From Podarcis gaigeae (Eukaryota), in NCBI GenBank assembly GCA_964106915.2, contig OZ066929.1: a DNA stretch of 64,000 nt; one strand, written 5' to 3'. The notes beneath the pieces were generated by a model. That model made no database searches. It was not told the DNA's origin and saw only the letters and a program-made list of their open reading frames with translations. Both the position numbers and the translations under genes were made by a program. This document shows, piece by piece, positions 41,284 through 53,747 of the stretch (position 1 is its first letter; each line of letters begins with the position of its first letter).

Positions 41284-41630
41284 CATAGAATCATAGTGAT
41301 AAAAGGGTCCATGGAGGTCTTCTTGTACAAGTCCCTGCTTGATGCAGGATCTGCAATAGAAGATGCACCTCCAGCAGCACTGACAGATGACCATCCTGCC
41401 ACTCCAATGAAGGACAGCTCACTACTACAGAAGTCTGTTCCATTACCAAACAACTCTTCCCTAATGCCTAGCCAGAATCTGCTACTCTGGAATTTCTACC
41501 CATCATCACTGGAGCAACAGATAACAAGTCTTCTCTTTCTTCTGTATGATGGCCTTTCAGATATCTGAAGACCTCTATTATGTCTCCTCTTAATCTTCTT
41601 CAATCTAAACATACTCATTCATAGGATTTG
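41284..41630 (-). mobile_element. CR1 LINE 3' end
   Basis: CATAGAATCATAG is the reverse of the CR1 ATTCTATG terminal repeat; upstream GCCTTTCAGATATCTGAAGAC is the reverse of a VFRYLKG-like ORF2 segment. Confidence 0.75.
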
Positions 41631-44378
41631 ATCCCCCTCACTCCACTATCCTTCTTGAAACATGTTAGGCATATCCATTGTAAGTTTGAGTGACTTTCTG
41701 AATAAACCATTTTTCTTCACCATCTTTGGAGGTTCACCTTCTTGGGCTATATCAGCTTGACCAAGTGTATCTTAGGAAGTATAGGTACAATGCACTACAT
41801 GAACACAATGGATCTATGATTTGAGCACAGTTCCTCCTAATATAAAGAAGAACTGGGTACCTGTTCCACCATTCTGTGTCTGAAAATAGAAGCAAAATTT
41901 TACCTGAGGAGGAAATGGCAGAACCACTGACACATTTCACGTGTCATGTGCACCTCCAATCTGGGCCAATATATATTTCACTATGCCTCATACGCAACAC
42001 TGTCAAGTAAGAAGATTAAGCGATGTTAACTTAGTTCTAATATGAGACTCTGTAATAAATTTCATTAGAAACTGCTGGGAAAGTGGGGAACGCAGAGTCG
42101 CTGCTGAGTGTCAGGTGGCTGGCAGCTCTAACGTATATCTTAGGGAACTTATCATCTAATTATAAAGAATAAAGCATATTTTTTTCCAATGTGGTTACAT
42201 GTGGTAATGAAGCATGCAGGAAGCCTCGCAAGATAGATGGGGGCCTTCACTGCTGAAGCTGAAAACTTGCTTAACTTAATAGTCTATTTATTACATTTAT
42301 TCCCTGAGCATACAGAACTCGATTAATATCTTCTATCTTGTCCCGCACTATACAATTAAAACTAGCGAAATGCATTTGCCTGGGCAGGCTTCACCGTGGA
42401 TGGAAACGGAAGAAGGCAGAAGCTAAACGACTCTTCCAGGAGACAGACGAGAAGTTGTGAAAGGTCTGAATAATGAATGTCCCAGCGAGGGTCTTGGGAT
42501 TGCAGGCAGGATAAAGATAAGTAAAGAAGAGAGATTATAGCCAGGCAAGCAAGAACACATGACTTATGAATGCTGCATATGAAAAGGATCTGAGGAACTA
42601 CACCAGACCACTGGTCCATCCAGTGTGGGACTGCATAAACTAAATGACTGGAAAGAGATCTCCAACCATTTCCAGCCCTTCTATCCAGAATCCTTTAACT
42701 GGAGATGTTAGGGATAGAATTTGTGGTGTTCCACATCAAAGCATGCACTGTGTGAGTATATCAAGACTGACACTTATAAGTAATGGCTCTCAATCAGGGT
42801 GAGAAAATTTGACTCTCCAGATTTTGCTAGATGGACTACAACTCCCAGCATTGCCCATGCTGGCTCTCGTACAACATCTGGGGGCTACAGGTTCCCCATC
42901 CCTGAGAGAGGGAGGGAAGGTGGGATATATTTCTCATGCACATATTTTTATTGGTCCTAAACAAAGTGAAAGAACATACAGCACTTGGTTAAGGGCTCAG
43001 AAATACAGGTTAGTGGAAGGCACTAATGTGCCTTTATAAAACAACACTTTTAAGACATGTCTTGATGGCTTGGATGAGAAATGGTATTAAACCATCCTTG
43101 GATGGAAATACGGGGGCGGGGGGAGAGAATTTGCTAAAACAGGGAAAACTGTTGACTGGTCAAAATTAGCATATGAAGCAATAATTTGAACAATACTATC
43201 ATAATGCCACGTGCATGTATGTATGTATGAATGTGTTCAGAAAGCATCCTGAAGAGGTTGTGCTCTTTTTCATGAAGGCTGGAATATTCAGGAAAGTATT
43301 TGCACATCCCTATTAAGACATTTGTTAAGCATAAAACTTAGGACTTGTGAATGGAAGGCCTCATAAGTGCAAGTGTTCAGGGTTTATCAGTGATTCCTTG
43401 CTCATTTTTACATAACACCACACAAAACAGAGACATGCACCCTTCTCTTGGTAGAAATTACCTAGAGAAAGAACATAAATATATGCAAGGATGAAATATT
43501 CCCATTAAGATTAACATCTGTGGTAATTGACTTAACTGTGGGATTTTTTAAAATGCCTTGCAAGATTCCCTCTGAAGGAAATAAAAATGTAGCACTGAGG
43601 GCTTGCAGCCATGAATTTGTTTCTGAAATAATATGTATATATCAAGAGAAGCCCATAGCTAAGACTTTAAGGCACTGATTTCAGGGGATTTAATAAGAAT
43701 GTAATTTGTATAATTAGCCATTCATCAATGTCAATTTTATTAAATGAATGCCAAAAATATTACCTTCTCCAATATGACCTAACAGGATTGGAATACATTA
43801 TGTGCAAAACAAACACTTAGCAAGTTCTCTTGCCTTTCTCCTAGGTCCCAGTCTGTCATAATCCGCTTTGGAAAGCTGTGAAGTATTTTTTTCTTCTGTT
43901 CCAAAAAAAAAGTAGTTAACAAAACTGCCTGAGGAAAATGGTAGACTTGGATAGCTATTAGCTTAGCAATTGGCATGGAAGTTTATATCAAAACCTTTTC
44001 CCCCGGGGAAAAAAGATGACGGACAGAAAATCCCATCACCCCTAAGAATAATATGATTTAATTACATAATGTCAAGGGTGGAGGGTGGGGAGGTCTCTAA
44101 AACCCTACCCAGTCTCCATAAACATTCCTAGGATTGTGGTCTGCCAGTGTTGGTTATGTCCCAATGTAAACTAGTGGAGTGAAGAGAAGGAGAAAACTGA
44201 AGGAGAAACTGGGGTGGGGGTGGGGGTGGAGGTGGAATGACTCCTGCTCATCCTTGGTAGAGACTGGGCCTCCCTTCCCCACTCCTGATCCTCCCCCCCC
44301 CCACGCTGCATGTCCTCTCCCACCTTCATGCAAGCTGAATGAGATAAGTTGCTCTATTAGCATCCAGTTAGAGCGGCC

Positions 44379-44432
44379 TTGTGTTCTAATTTACAGTCTG
44401 AATGGTTGTGTTCTAATTTACAGTCTGAATGG
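44379..44432. repeat. Perfect 27-bp tandem duplication
   Basis: TTGTGTTCTAATTTACAGTCTGAATGG x2 (44379-44405 and 44406-44432). Confidence 0.97.
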
Positions 44433-44851
44433 CTGTGCGGTCCAGGTGTGGCTGAAAGATAAGTTGCTTGTCAACAGTTAGTACATTGACCAGCAGGCAC
44501 ACGCAGGTCAGCAGTTCACAGCTATCCTCACTATGGTGAGTTGTATTGCATTTCTATTTAAATTATAGCAACTGATATATAAATCTGCATCAGTAAATAT
44601 AAATTAGCACATGTAGATTTTATGCAAAGCTGTTTCCCTCCTTTTGGTCAGGAACAGTTGACGAGGGGAATCACTCTGCATTTTGCCTCCCAGAAGCAGA
44701 GTCACTAAAAGGGTCCAGGAGGGAGAGAGAGAGGGTGAAGTGATGAGGAGGTGTATTGGTAGGGATGCCAGATTTGCAAAACCAACGTGTCTACACAATG
44801 CCAACCTTTCTGCTGTCTCTACTCTCCTTCCCAGCAAGCAGCAGTGACTAT

Positions 44852-45162
44852 GGGCTTATTCACACTTACCTTTTCTCTGCTCTTTTCAGGCACACTCCAT
44901 GTTTTAAAGCTCCATGTCTGAACACCCTTCTCTCTCTCTCTCTCAAAGCTTTCCCTACTAAAACCCACTCTTTAAAGCTCAATCAGAGCAAACATCAATT
45001 TGCAGAAAACCTGGACTGACATTTGCTCTGATTCAGCTTTGAAGAGCAAGTTTTTGTGGGGAAAGCTCAGGGCAAAAAACAAATGCATGCTCGGACACAG
45101 AGTGATAAAATGTGGACCTCTGGCTGGAAAGAGCACAGCAAAAGGTTAGTGTGGATAAGCCC
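44852..45162. mobile_element. Palindromic MITE (PIF/Harbinger-like termini)
   Basis: Termini GGGCTTATTCACACT / AGTGTGGATAAGCCC; internal inverted arms AATCAGAGCAAA / TTTGCTCTGATT. Confidence 0.6.
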
Positions 45163-48100
45163 AAGGGTAATGGGAGTCCAGGTATGCAGTGCCACCCCTC
45201 CTCACAAACCACTCCTGTTTCCTCTTTTTGTGTTGATGCATACATAGGTAAAAAAGGTAATAGTCACCCTACTCACAGTGAGACATAGGAGGTGAAAAGG
45301 TACACCATGGAACTAACTTTCCCAAGTGTTCAGATTATGGAAGAAATAAAAGTTTGGGGTCAGGAGGCTTGTTTTTGATTTAGAGTTGGGTCCTATGAAG
45401 CTTTCTGGTTGAAATCTGAGCCAGGCTCGGATAAACTCCCATGCCATCCTGAGGTTTGACCTGTAAGGGCTTTTAAGCAGTTCTCATTAAATCTCTCCAG
45501 CCCAAACCAAGACTTATTCATAACAATCTGATAATAATCATTTAACAGTATAATAGGGAGCACCTTAGGCAAACCTAGCCTGAACTATTCTTTCCCACTC
45601 CTGTCCTTCCGTAAAAGAATAATAGCAATGCACACCGAATGCTGAATGCTCACCATTAAAATATCAAGGATTTTGCCTCTGCAAGCAGATTATCTCTGCT
45701 GCAAACTCACTCTCCTTTTTTAAAAAGATTAAATCAGTGCATTGATAAGGCAAGCAAAAAAAAAAAAAAAGACTTGATAATGTCAGAAGTTCTGAAAAAT
45801 CACCAGAGGTTGAGTAACCATGATGCTTGCTGCAGGCAGAGGCAGAGGGCATACATTTTGTGTCTCTTAATGATGGCAACCCAAGCTCTCTTAATTATAG
45901 GAATCAAGCAAAAAGAAAATTGAAAGCATCTATGGAGGACCAAGAATGTCCATGATATCACCTATACTATCAACTGGCATCCTGGGGAACAATTACAGTA
46001 TTACTCACATGGTAACATGCCACTCATTCCCTTTAGCTCAGGTGTGTTTATACCACGGTTTGTTATTATGGCTAGCTGTGAATGCAATAGGCATTGATGC
46101 CCCATAAAACAGCAGTGGCTGGTGCTTTTCCCCATTTCCCCATTTTACATTATCATTTGCAGAGTGGTTGACCTGCCTTGCTTTGTTCAAGATCATACAA
46201 ACAGGAAACTGAGACACAGAGCCAAAAACATGTTCAAAGCCTGTCTCAACAAACATGGATTTTAATGCACCTCCTACCACACCCCCAAATATTTTGAGCT
46301 TAGCAAAAAATAAAAATAAAATCTTGTAGGAACTTTAAAACTAATTTAATTCTGACATATGCTTGGATCAGATTAATGTGATTGGCACAAAGGACTGCCA
46401 TAACATTGGGCTTCCAAGCTGAGCGTCATAGATGTGTGGGCATGAATTCTATCCTGGGTCGTATTTTGAACTCTAACACAGAGAAACCTCATTTCTGTAA
46501 TGGGAACCTGAAGTGGGGTACCTGTACAGACTCAGAGCCAATGCAACTTTTTATGAACTACACCACTTCAGAGAGAAACTGAATGAGCAGTAGCTTACTT
46601 AACACAAAAGCTAAGTAAGCTACAGTTTAGGGCTTCAGATTATGAGAGACTTCATAATCTGAAATATCCAAATATGATCCAAATAATTTTTGATTTAGAG
46701 CAAGCCCATTAAAAGTAATTGACTCATGTTAGCCACATCTATTCATTCCAGTGAGTCTACTCTGAGTAGGACTAACATTGGATAAGACCCTTTGTTTTCA
46801 GTTCATTCTGGCCTATGTACCAGTATTTATGTAAATATAAAGCTTTATTATTTCTAGTTCTATTTCCATTGTCATTTCTGTTAGAATAAAACTTATCTTT
46901 TGGGAATGCTTAGGGATGTCAGTGAAATGGAAACAGGACATTGCAAATGTTCGCTTATTTATCCCATGCCCAGCATGGAAATCATTCCAGTGATGGTTAT
47001 ATAGTTGCTGTTGTTTTCAGTCTGCAAATGTAATTGATGACTCCCCTCCCTCATTTGCATTGTGATTCCTTTGAATGGTGTGCAATAATGTTATGATAAC
47101 ACAATTAATTTTGTGATTAATTATATAAAATCCCATCACAACAGAAATCAAGATGATAAACATGTGCTGAACACAAGCTGGAACACAAATCAATGCCTTC
47201 TTACATCCCTAGTGATGCCAGTGGGCCTCTTAAACTTGGCACGGTTTTTGGCCTCAACACATCTTAATTCAGCCTCTGTGGGAGATTTATGTGCAAATGG
47301 TGTCCCAGACAAGAAAGTTCCCATTCACAGAAAACTAGAACATCAGGAAAAAACTAGTCCAGTGTACTAGTTCTTCATAACTCTAAAATTTTATTTATTT
47401 CAAGTCCAGGCTGGGAAACGAAGCTATCCATGCAACAAAGATCCAGGTTTCTGAAACTAAGGAAAAGTTAGATGCAGATAGCAAATACACTCCCATTATG
47501 TTGGAATTATCTGAAAAATAATCTAAGATTCATCCATAGAATGAAGCAGGGGAGAGGATGAGAAGCCTTGTGTTAAGGCTGGTGGATTTGCATTGGAGGA
47601 GGAAGTAAACAGAGGGAGGAAATTCCACACTTCCTAGACTGTCTTGCTAATCTAACCTATGCTGACCTTTCCTCAGGTGCTAGACTGATAATCTGGGAGT
47701 TGCTGATGTCACTTCCTCATTCTTCTTAGACCCTCTAGTCTTTGGGAAAAGACACTTTGGCTATTTCTCCCGCAGAGATAAAAACCCAAGCATGTCTCTT
47801 TGCATCTCTATCGTAGATCTAGGATCTTTCCCATCCAACATGTATTTCCTATAACAAGCTTAGCTTTCTTATTTTCCATACACAAAATCTCAGTGTGACC
47901 ACATCCAGAGAAAAGCATATTTCTCTAAGCAGGGATTCAGTGCACAATTCAAGCTTCTGCTGATGCATTTGAACTCCAAATGCTATCACAGGCTACAGAA
48001 GGAATCAGCAAAGACACTGCTGATAGTGGGTTCTCCATCAGTTTGCACAAGAAATATTAACTGCTTTCCCATTGCTATTCACATGAAAAATGCAGGAAGC

Positions 48101-48897
48101 TGCCTTATACTGAGTCAGTCTGTTGATTCATCTAGTTCTGTATAGCCTACACCAGGGATAGCTAATGTGGCACCTTCCAATTGTTGTGAACTCCAACTCC
48201 CATCAGCCCCAGCCAATATGCCCAGTGGTCAAGGAGGATTCTAGTTGGAGCCCAACAGTATCTAAAGGGCACCATGTTGACAGCTGCTGGTCCACAATGA
48301 CTGGTAGCAGTTTCAGAGTGGGCTCTTTTTCCACTGTACCTGGAGATGTTGCGAGTTGAACCTGTACCCTATGCATGCATAAAATGTGCTCTGTCACTGA
48401 GCGGTAATTGTATGGCACAGAGTAGGAATTCCCCCATCACTGAGGAGGAACTGAGGGTTGTGCAAGGACTCCATGGGATGAAATTGCAATGTACAGCAGA
48501 ACAGAACCAAGAGCAGTTCCTTCTTGTCAGCCTGTGGCAGCTTTATCACATTGCCAAGTCAAGCCAGTTGTGTGAATAAGCCATATGACTCCCTGTCTGC
48601 TATGCTAAACCATACATGCCACTTCCAAGAAGCATCTCAGCTGGTATACAACTGGTAGCAGAATTTTAATCACCACTGTGGAGGTGTGCATGGGCAGAAC
48701 ACAGTTCACTTCAACATCTTTTAACAGCCTGAAAATGATGGCAATTTTTTTTAAAAAAACATATTGCTGTTGCTTAACATAAAATAAATGTATTTATGAG
48801 GGTGGATATAGGCTCCTCAGTGTTCTTCAAAATCAGGACCCATTTGTTTATTTCTAATTCATCCCTCCTTAATTGCAGCTCATTTATCACTCCCCTA

Positions 48898-49254
48898 CAG
48901 TGGTGCCCCGCAAGACGAATGCCTCGCAAGACGAAAAACCCGCTAGGTGAAAGGGTTTTCCGTTTTGGAGGCGCTTCGCAAAACGAATTACCCTATGGGG
49001 TTGCTTCGCAAGACGAAAAGAATCTTGCATCCCCCCCGTGGGTTTTTATCGCTTTTTTCGCCCTTTTCTTAAGCCGCTAAGACGCTTATCAGCTGTTCCG
49101 CTGATAAGCCGCTTAACAGCTGATCGCTGGAAGCCGCTTGACAGCTGTAGTGCTAATCCGCTAAGCTGTCATTGGGCTTGCTTCGCAATACGAAAAAACC
49201 GCTAGACGAAGAGAATCGCGGAACAAATTCTTTTCGTCTAGCGAGGCACCACTG
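48898..49254. mobile_element. Tigger/pogo-like MITE, young
   Basis: TA|CAGTGGTGCCCCGCAAGACGAA … TTCGTCTAGCGAGGCACCACTG|TA. Internal CGCAAGACGAA repeats and many intact CpGs. Confidence 0.92.
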
Positions 49255-51499
49255 TATTTGCAAAGTAAGTATCCCGCATTCAGGACTACTGGGTGCCATA
49301 ATGGGGGGGAAAGGAGGGCAGGCAGAAGGAACCCTGCCTGCTGTTGACTGAGCTACCGTGAGGCTAAGAATCTCAAGCTGCCACAAATAGACAGGATCTG
49401 ATCCTACAGGGAGAAAGAAAAACCCTGGGTAAAGAGGTGGAGATTAGGGAAAGGAAAGGCATTGGTGTATGGACAATGGATGTAGACAAAGGGGTTTTTG
49501 AACAAGAGCGTTAGGTTCACACTAACCCATTTGTAGCACAAAAATGTAGTGTTTCCCCCCAGATCTGGAACTATTCATCCTTGTCCTCAGCTTGCTGCTT
49601 TTATTCTGGACTAATACTAGATCCTGACATACACAACGGTGGGTGTGGTTAATTGATATGAATTTAAAAACCCTCCCTGTGATCAGGTTCTTGACACCTT
49701 TACCTCCCTGAACATGCCCCAGGTGAATAAAGAAGGAAGTGGTGATTGGTATATGCCCACCCACAACATCATTGGGCAGGTGTGGATGTGCACACACACA
49801 GGCATGCACACACAAACGCACTTTACTGGAATGCATTTATCTGTTTTCAAATCCACACAAAGTAGGGTAATGCCGAATCAGTCTACAATGAGCTTTTATT
49901 TTCTGAATGAAGCCAGCTTCTCAATAAGTACTTTTCCAGGTGCAAAAAGATCTTGATTGTGTGTGGACTACATAGGAAAAGCAATTGTTTTACTTATTTG
50001 TTTGGAAAATGCCACGTAGGAGTGGATATTGAGCAACTGCATATGTAATGCACTAGGGAAGCAGAAGGAAAACCAATAAATAAATATACAAGGGAAGGGA
50101 AGGATTTACTGTGTACTAAAAAGGTGGAGCACATTTAAATTTGGGAGATAAATAATTTTATTTATGGCAATGCCAAGATTAGAAGAGGGGGGGGTAATGA
50201 AGAAGATACATGAGTTTCTGAAGAATAGCTCCTGTCTTTCCAGAATGGCCAATGCTGAAAGGCTTGTAAGCTTTTTTATTTTCTTTTTTTTTAAAGGAAG
50301 TTATTTATTTATTTGTTGTACCTGAAGATAGATGTGCCCTAACGGCATTGTATTGTCAGCCTCGTAAATTAGGCGTGCAGGAAAGAGATCATTTCACACC
50401 CATCTTCCTTCACTACCCGCAAGCTCCCTTGTCAAACTTCCCCTGAACTACTGCTGCAATCATACTTTCTTTTCTTTTCTTTTTCTTTTTGGTCCTTTCC
50501 CTCTTCCTCTTACTGCTTGCTTGCTTTGGAAAAGCTCTCAAATAAATCCTCCAATTTCCCATTTCTAGCGTGAGCATGTTGCACATTATACATAAAGGAG
50601 TATTGATTGCTAATATGCTGCTGACTGGCAGACAAGCCTCTGTGGAAATGTTTGGGGAGAGGGGAGGGGAGGTGGAAGAGTAACTGCAAAAATACAAGGC
50701 GTTTGGGATGTGCCAACAAAGGCTGTACCTGGGAGTGAGCCCCATTAAATGCAATAGGACTCTGTTCCAAGTAGACATGGTTAGGAGTGTGCAGCAGAAC
50801 TAGTAGTGGCAGAGAAAACCCCCGCCACCGTTCCCTCCTATGGTGCGAAGTGTCAATATAACATTTACAGCCAAGGAAAGGGGACAAAAATCACTAACAT
50901 CCCAAGCCCCACTAAGGTGTGAACTCTTTCTCTTCCTTTTTAATAGGAAAGCTAAAGATTGCTACTTGCAGTGTGGCCTTCTCTGAGTAGCAGCTGTTGT
51001 CCATCTACAGATTTACTAACATTCAAGCATAATTAAACTCCTGAGATATATTGCTTTCTGTTCCCTGAAATAAATAAATAAGCGAGGAGGAGAACAGGGG
51101 ACACACACACACACACCAGTCTCTCCCTGCTGAAATGGAAGCATAAAAACAGGGTGTTTTATTGGAGCTGCCATCAGCTTCTCCATCTGGAGCGAAAAGT
51201 CGCTAAAAATATTAAGAGACAGTAGCCAGAGGAAATAACTCTGGCAAAGAAATCCAAACCAATGCTACTTAAGAAGCAATTCACACAGAGACCACACTAT
51301 GAAAGGAAGGCAGGAAGTGGGGAGAAAGAAAAAGCATGAGAAAGAAAAAGCAGTGGAGGTGGGGAGGAATCATCTGCTTTTCTTTCTTTTTTCATTTAAG
51401 ACCACAAAGGGGCTAGCAGCACCTCAAAATTCAACACAGCACAAACTCCTGCTGATCTAAGTGCCCCTTCATCAGATGCAAGAACTGCCAATTCAAGAT

Positions 51500-51930
51500 C
51501 ATGTATCCAATGAGGTGGACTGTGATCCACAAAAGCTCACTCCGTATTAAATCGGCCAGCCTCCAAGGTGGTTTTCCATTTGACAAATTGGTTTGTGTGT
51601 GTGTTTCAACAGGCGGATGCCCAAGAACCACAAGCTTTTGTTCATGTGCACTGACAACATATTTTGTTTTCGTTCCTGTAATATGACAGTGTCTTTCTGT
51701 GCTGACATTATTAATAAAATAATCACAAATAAAACCACCTACATTTCCTATGTGCCTCTTAGAGTTGGACAGAAGAGGAAAAGAGACTGGTTGATGCCAG
51801 ATCAAATCATGCCCAATGGAGCCTCACTTTAACTCACATTTGCTTTTTGAAAATTCCCTCCCGCAAGGCGTAAATCTCAGGCAACTTGGCAGCTAAACCA
51901 CAGGCAATTTGACAGATGAATGCAAGATGT
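51500..51930. promoter_or_regulatory. Candidate conserved non-coding element / enhancer
   Basis: Repeat-free, with multiple TGACA/TGACAG sites (TALE-class consensus), ATTATTAAT and retained CpGs. Confidence 0.3.
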
Positions 51931-52200
51931 CTAAAACAGTGTTGTGATGGATTTTCTTGCACATTTCTGTATTGCGATCAGCAAGGCCAGCTCTACCATT
52001 AGATAGAAAGACATGACTAACTCAGGTGGCTGATTCTTAGTTATTTAAGGCATCATAATTATGGTTGGTCTGTTGTATTATTTACTGCCATGCAAGGAGA
52101 GATCTGCATCAGGTGACAAAATAACCTGACCAGTTATGGGTATTAATATGCACCATGGTGGGGGATAGACCATTCACTGTTTTTTCTCAGGCAGAAAAAT

Positions 52201-52291
52201 TACATGGAACCATAGGATGTTGGGCCACACAAGGTTCTCTCCCAGCTCTACCTGGAGATGCCAAGATTGAACTTGGGGTGTTGTGCATGCA
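52201..52291 (-). mobile_element. Squam2-like SINE that hosts the retrocopy insertion (continues at 53748-53769 and ~54401-54412)
   Basis: CTCTCCCAGCTCTACCTGGAGATGCCAAGATTGAACTTGGG…TGCATGCA, resuming as GCATGCAAAGTAGATAG at 53751; compare the intact in-window copy at 18886-18955. Confidence 0.75.
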
Positions 52292-52394
52292 TTTTTTTTC
52301 CATCTCGGACCTCAGTGGAAGTTTGTTTGTGGTGTCAGTGGTAAAGAGTGCATGGCGGCAGTGCTGGTCTGAGAAGGAGCCGGGGGTGAAGGCA

Positions 52395-53398
52395 ATGGGG
52401 GCATACAGCATGGAGAAGGCTTCTCCCGTGCTCTGCTGCTATCCTGCCCATCGAAGTTGGCAAACGTTTTGAGTTCCACACACTGCCCTTCTGCTAATGT
52501 CTCAGTACCAGAAGGTTCATCTGGGATGATCATTGCTGATGCTTCCAGAAATCCCGACCTTCTTTTATTTCATAAGAGCAGTTCCTCTGCTCCTGATGAT
52601 TCCATATTAGCCATAACGAATAGAGAAAAACTGAGAGTCTATGAAAATGCATATGAGGAACACTTCTCTATACTGGAAAATGACCTCTTTATCAAGAGTA
52701 CAGTGGACGCTCGAGTTGCAAATGTGATCCATGCAGGAGGCATGTTCGCAACCCACAGAGTTCGTGACCCGCAGCCCCACGTCTGTGCACATGAGGGTTC
52801 CGATTCGACCCTTCTGCTCGTGCGCAAAGCGTGATTTAGTGTTTCTGTGCATGTGCAAGTGCCGAAACCCGAAGCATCTGTAACCCAATGTATGACTGTA
52901 CTAGCAAATGGTTTGCTGGAGAATACCAGCTTGTTCCGTTTATGAGTAAAATGTGTGTGCATCAAGTCTTCCTTAGCATAGCACTGCCCTTCAGCTAATC
53001 TCTCCATACTAGAAAGTTCCTCTGGGATGATCATTCCTAATATATTGAACCATTCCAATATTATTACTTTATACAAAAAGAACTATTCCTCCTCTTTTTG
53101 GCAATACATCTTGAGCATAGCCAAGGGACACCTGAATCACAGTGCTGGCATGTATGAAGAGCAGTTCTATATATCTGACAGTGGCCTTGCTATCAAGAAT
53201 GCTTATGAAAGACTTGCTGGAGAGTACCAGCCTGTTTATCAGCAAAATGAATCCTGTGTGCTTCAATTTTTCATTAATATGCCTGTTTCAGGTTCAGGAT
53301 GCATACATATCTGGATCTACATCACACCAGGAATTGCCATCATTTTGCTGCTGTGTTACATAATCTGTCAAAAACTAAAGAGAACAAAAACCCATTAA
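52395..53398 (+). pseudogene. Intronless (processed) pseudogene of a type I membrane glycoprotein with two tandem atypical Ig V-like domains
   Basis: Decayed signal-like segment (FSRALLLSCPSKLANVLS). Domain 1 after MITE removal: HCPSANVSVPEGSSGMII…NDLFIKSTSKWFAGEYQLVPFMSKMCVHQVFLSI. Domain 2: HCPSANLSILESSSGMII…SGLAIKNAYERLAGEYQPVYQQNESCVLQFFINM. TM IWIYITPGIAIILLLCYIIC followed by basic QKLKRTK. Six N-glycosylation sequons. Disabled by the MITE and frameshifts near 52396 and 52981. Confidence 0.8.
52701..52898. mobile_element. Tigger/pogo-like MITE inserted into Ig domain 1
   Basis: TA|CAGTGGACGCTCGAGTTGC … GTAACCCAATGTATGACTG|TA. Excision restores the reading frame and the alignment to domain 2. 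Confidence 0.9.
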
Positions 53399-53540
53399 AC
53401 TTGCTGCTTAGCAAACATAAAAGAAAAGTGGAAGAGGCTCATCCAGCAGAAAATATGGAGACTCTCTCATCCCTGGGAATAAAAACTTCACAGTGACTGA
53501 AGAGCAGAAGCTGCAGGATCTTGACCTCTCTGCCTTAGAG

Positions 53541-53747
53541 GTATTTATTGTTGCTGTATTTGTATCTTTATTATAAATCTCATTGTGGTCTATGTGGAAA
53601 TTGTTCAGCATGGTTGAGTATTTGTTTAATACTTTTATGTATTGTTTATGAATACTTTTGTTACTTCCATATTGTAAATTGCCTTGAGCATGGTTTGAAC
53701 TGTGGAAAGGCAGCATACAAATAAAATTATGTATGTATGTATGTATA
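53541..53747 (+). mobile_element. L2-type LINE 3' tail with (TATG)n
   Basis: 53682-53722 matches the reverse complement of 60669-60709 at 39/41 nt; TGTAAATTGCCTTGAG…GAAAGGCAGCATACAAAT motif. Confidence 0.8.

Larger units (their letters stand above)
52292..53747 (+). mobile_element. Retroposed cassette: Ig-like membrane protein cDNA fused to an L2-type LINE 3' tail
   Basis: Perfect TSD TGTGCATGCA at 52282-52291 and 53748-53757. Contiguous coding remnant followed by a ~200-bp LINE tail ending in (TATG)n. Confidence 0.8.

Noticed and set aside
48898-49254. CRISPR-like or bacterial insert suggested by the short repeats and high CpG
   Set aside because: The repeats are irregular and bounded by TIRs with a TA TSD, so this is a MITE.
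52457-52834. 125-aa ORF as an intact gene
   Set aside because: Its last ~44 codons are MITE sequence; the true frame continues after 52900.
52292-53747. Exons of a resident, spliced IgSF gene or a V(D)J segment
   Set aside because: The domains are contiguous without introns, I saw no RSS heptamer/nonamer next to them, and the unit is enclosed by a TSD inside a SINE.
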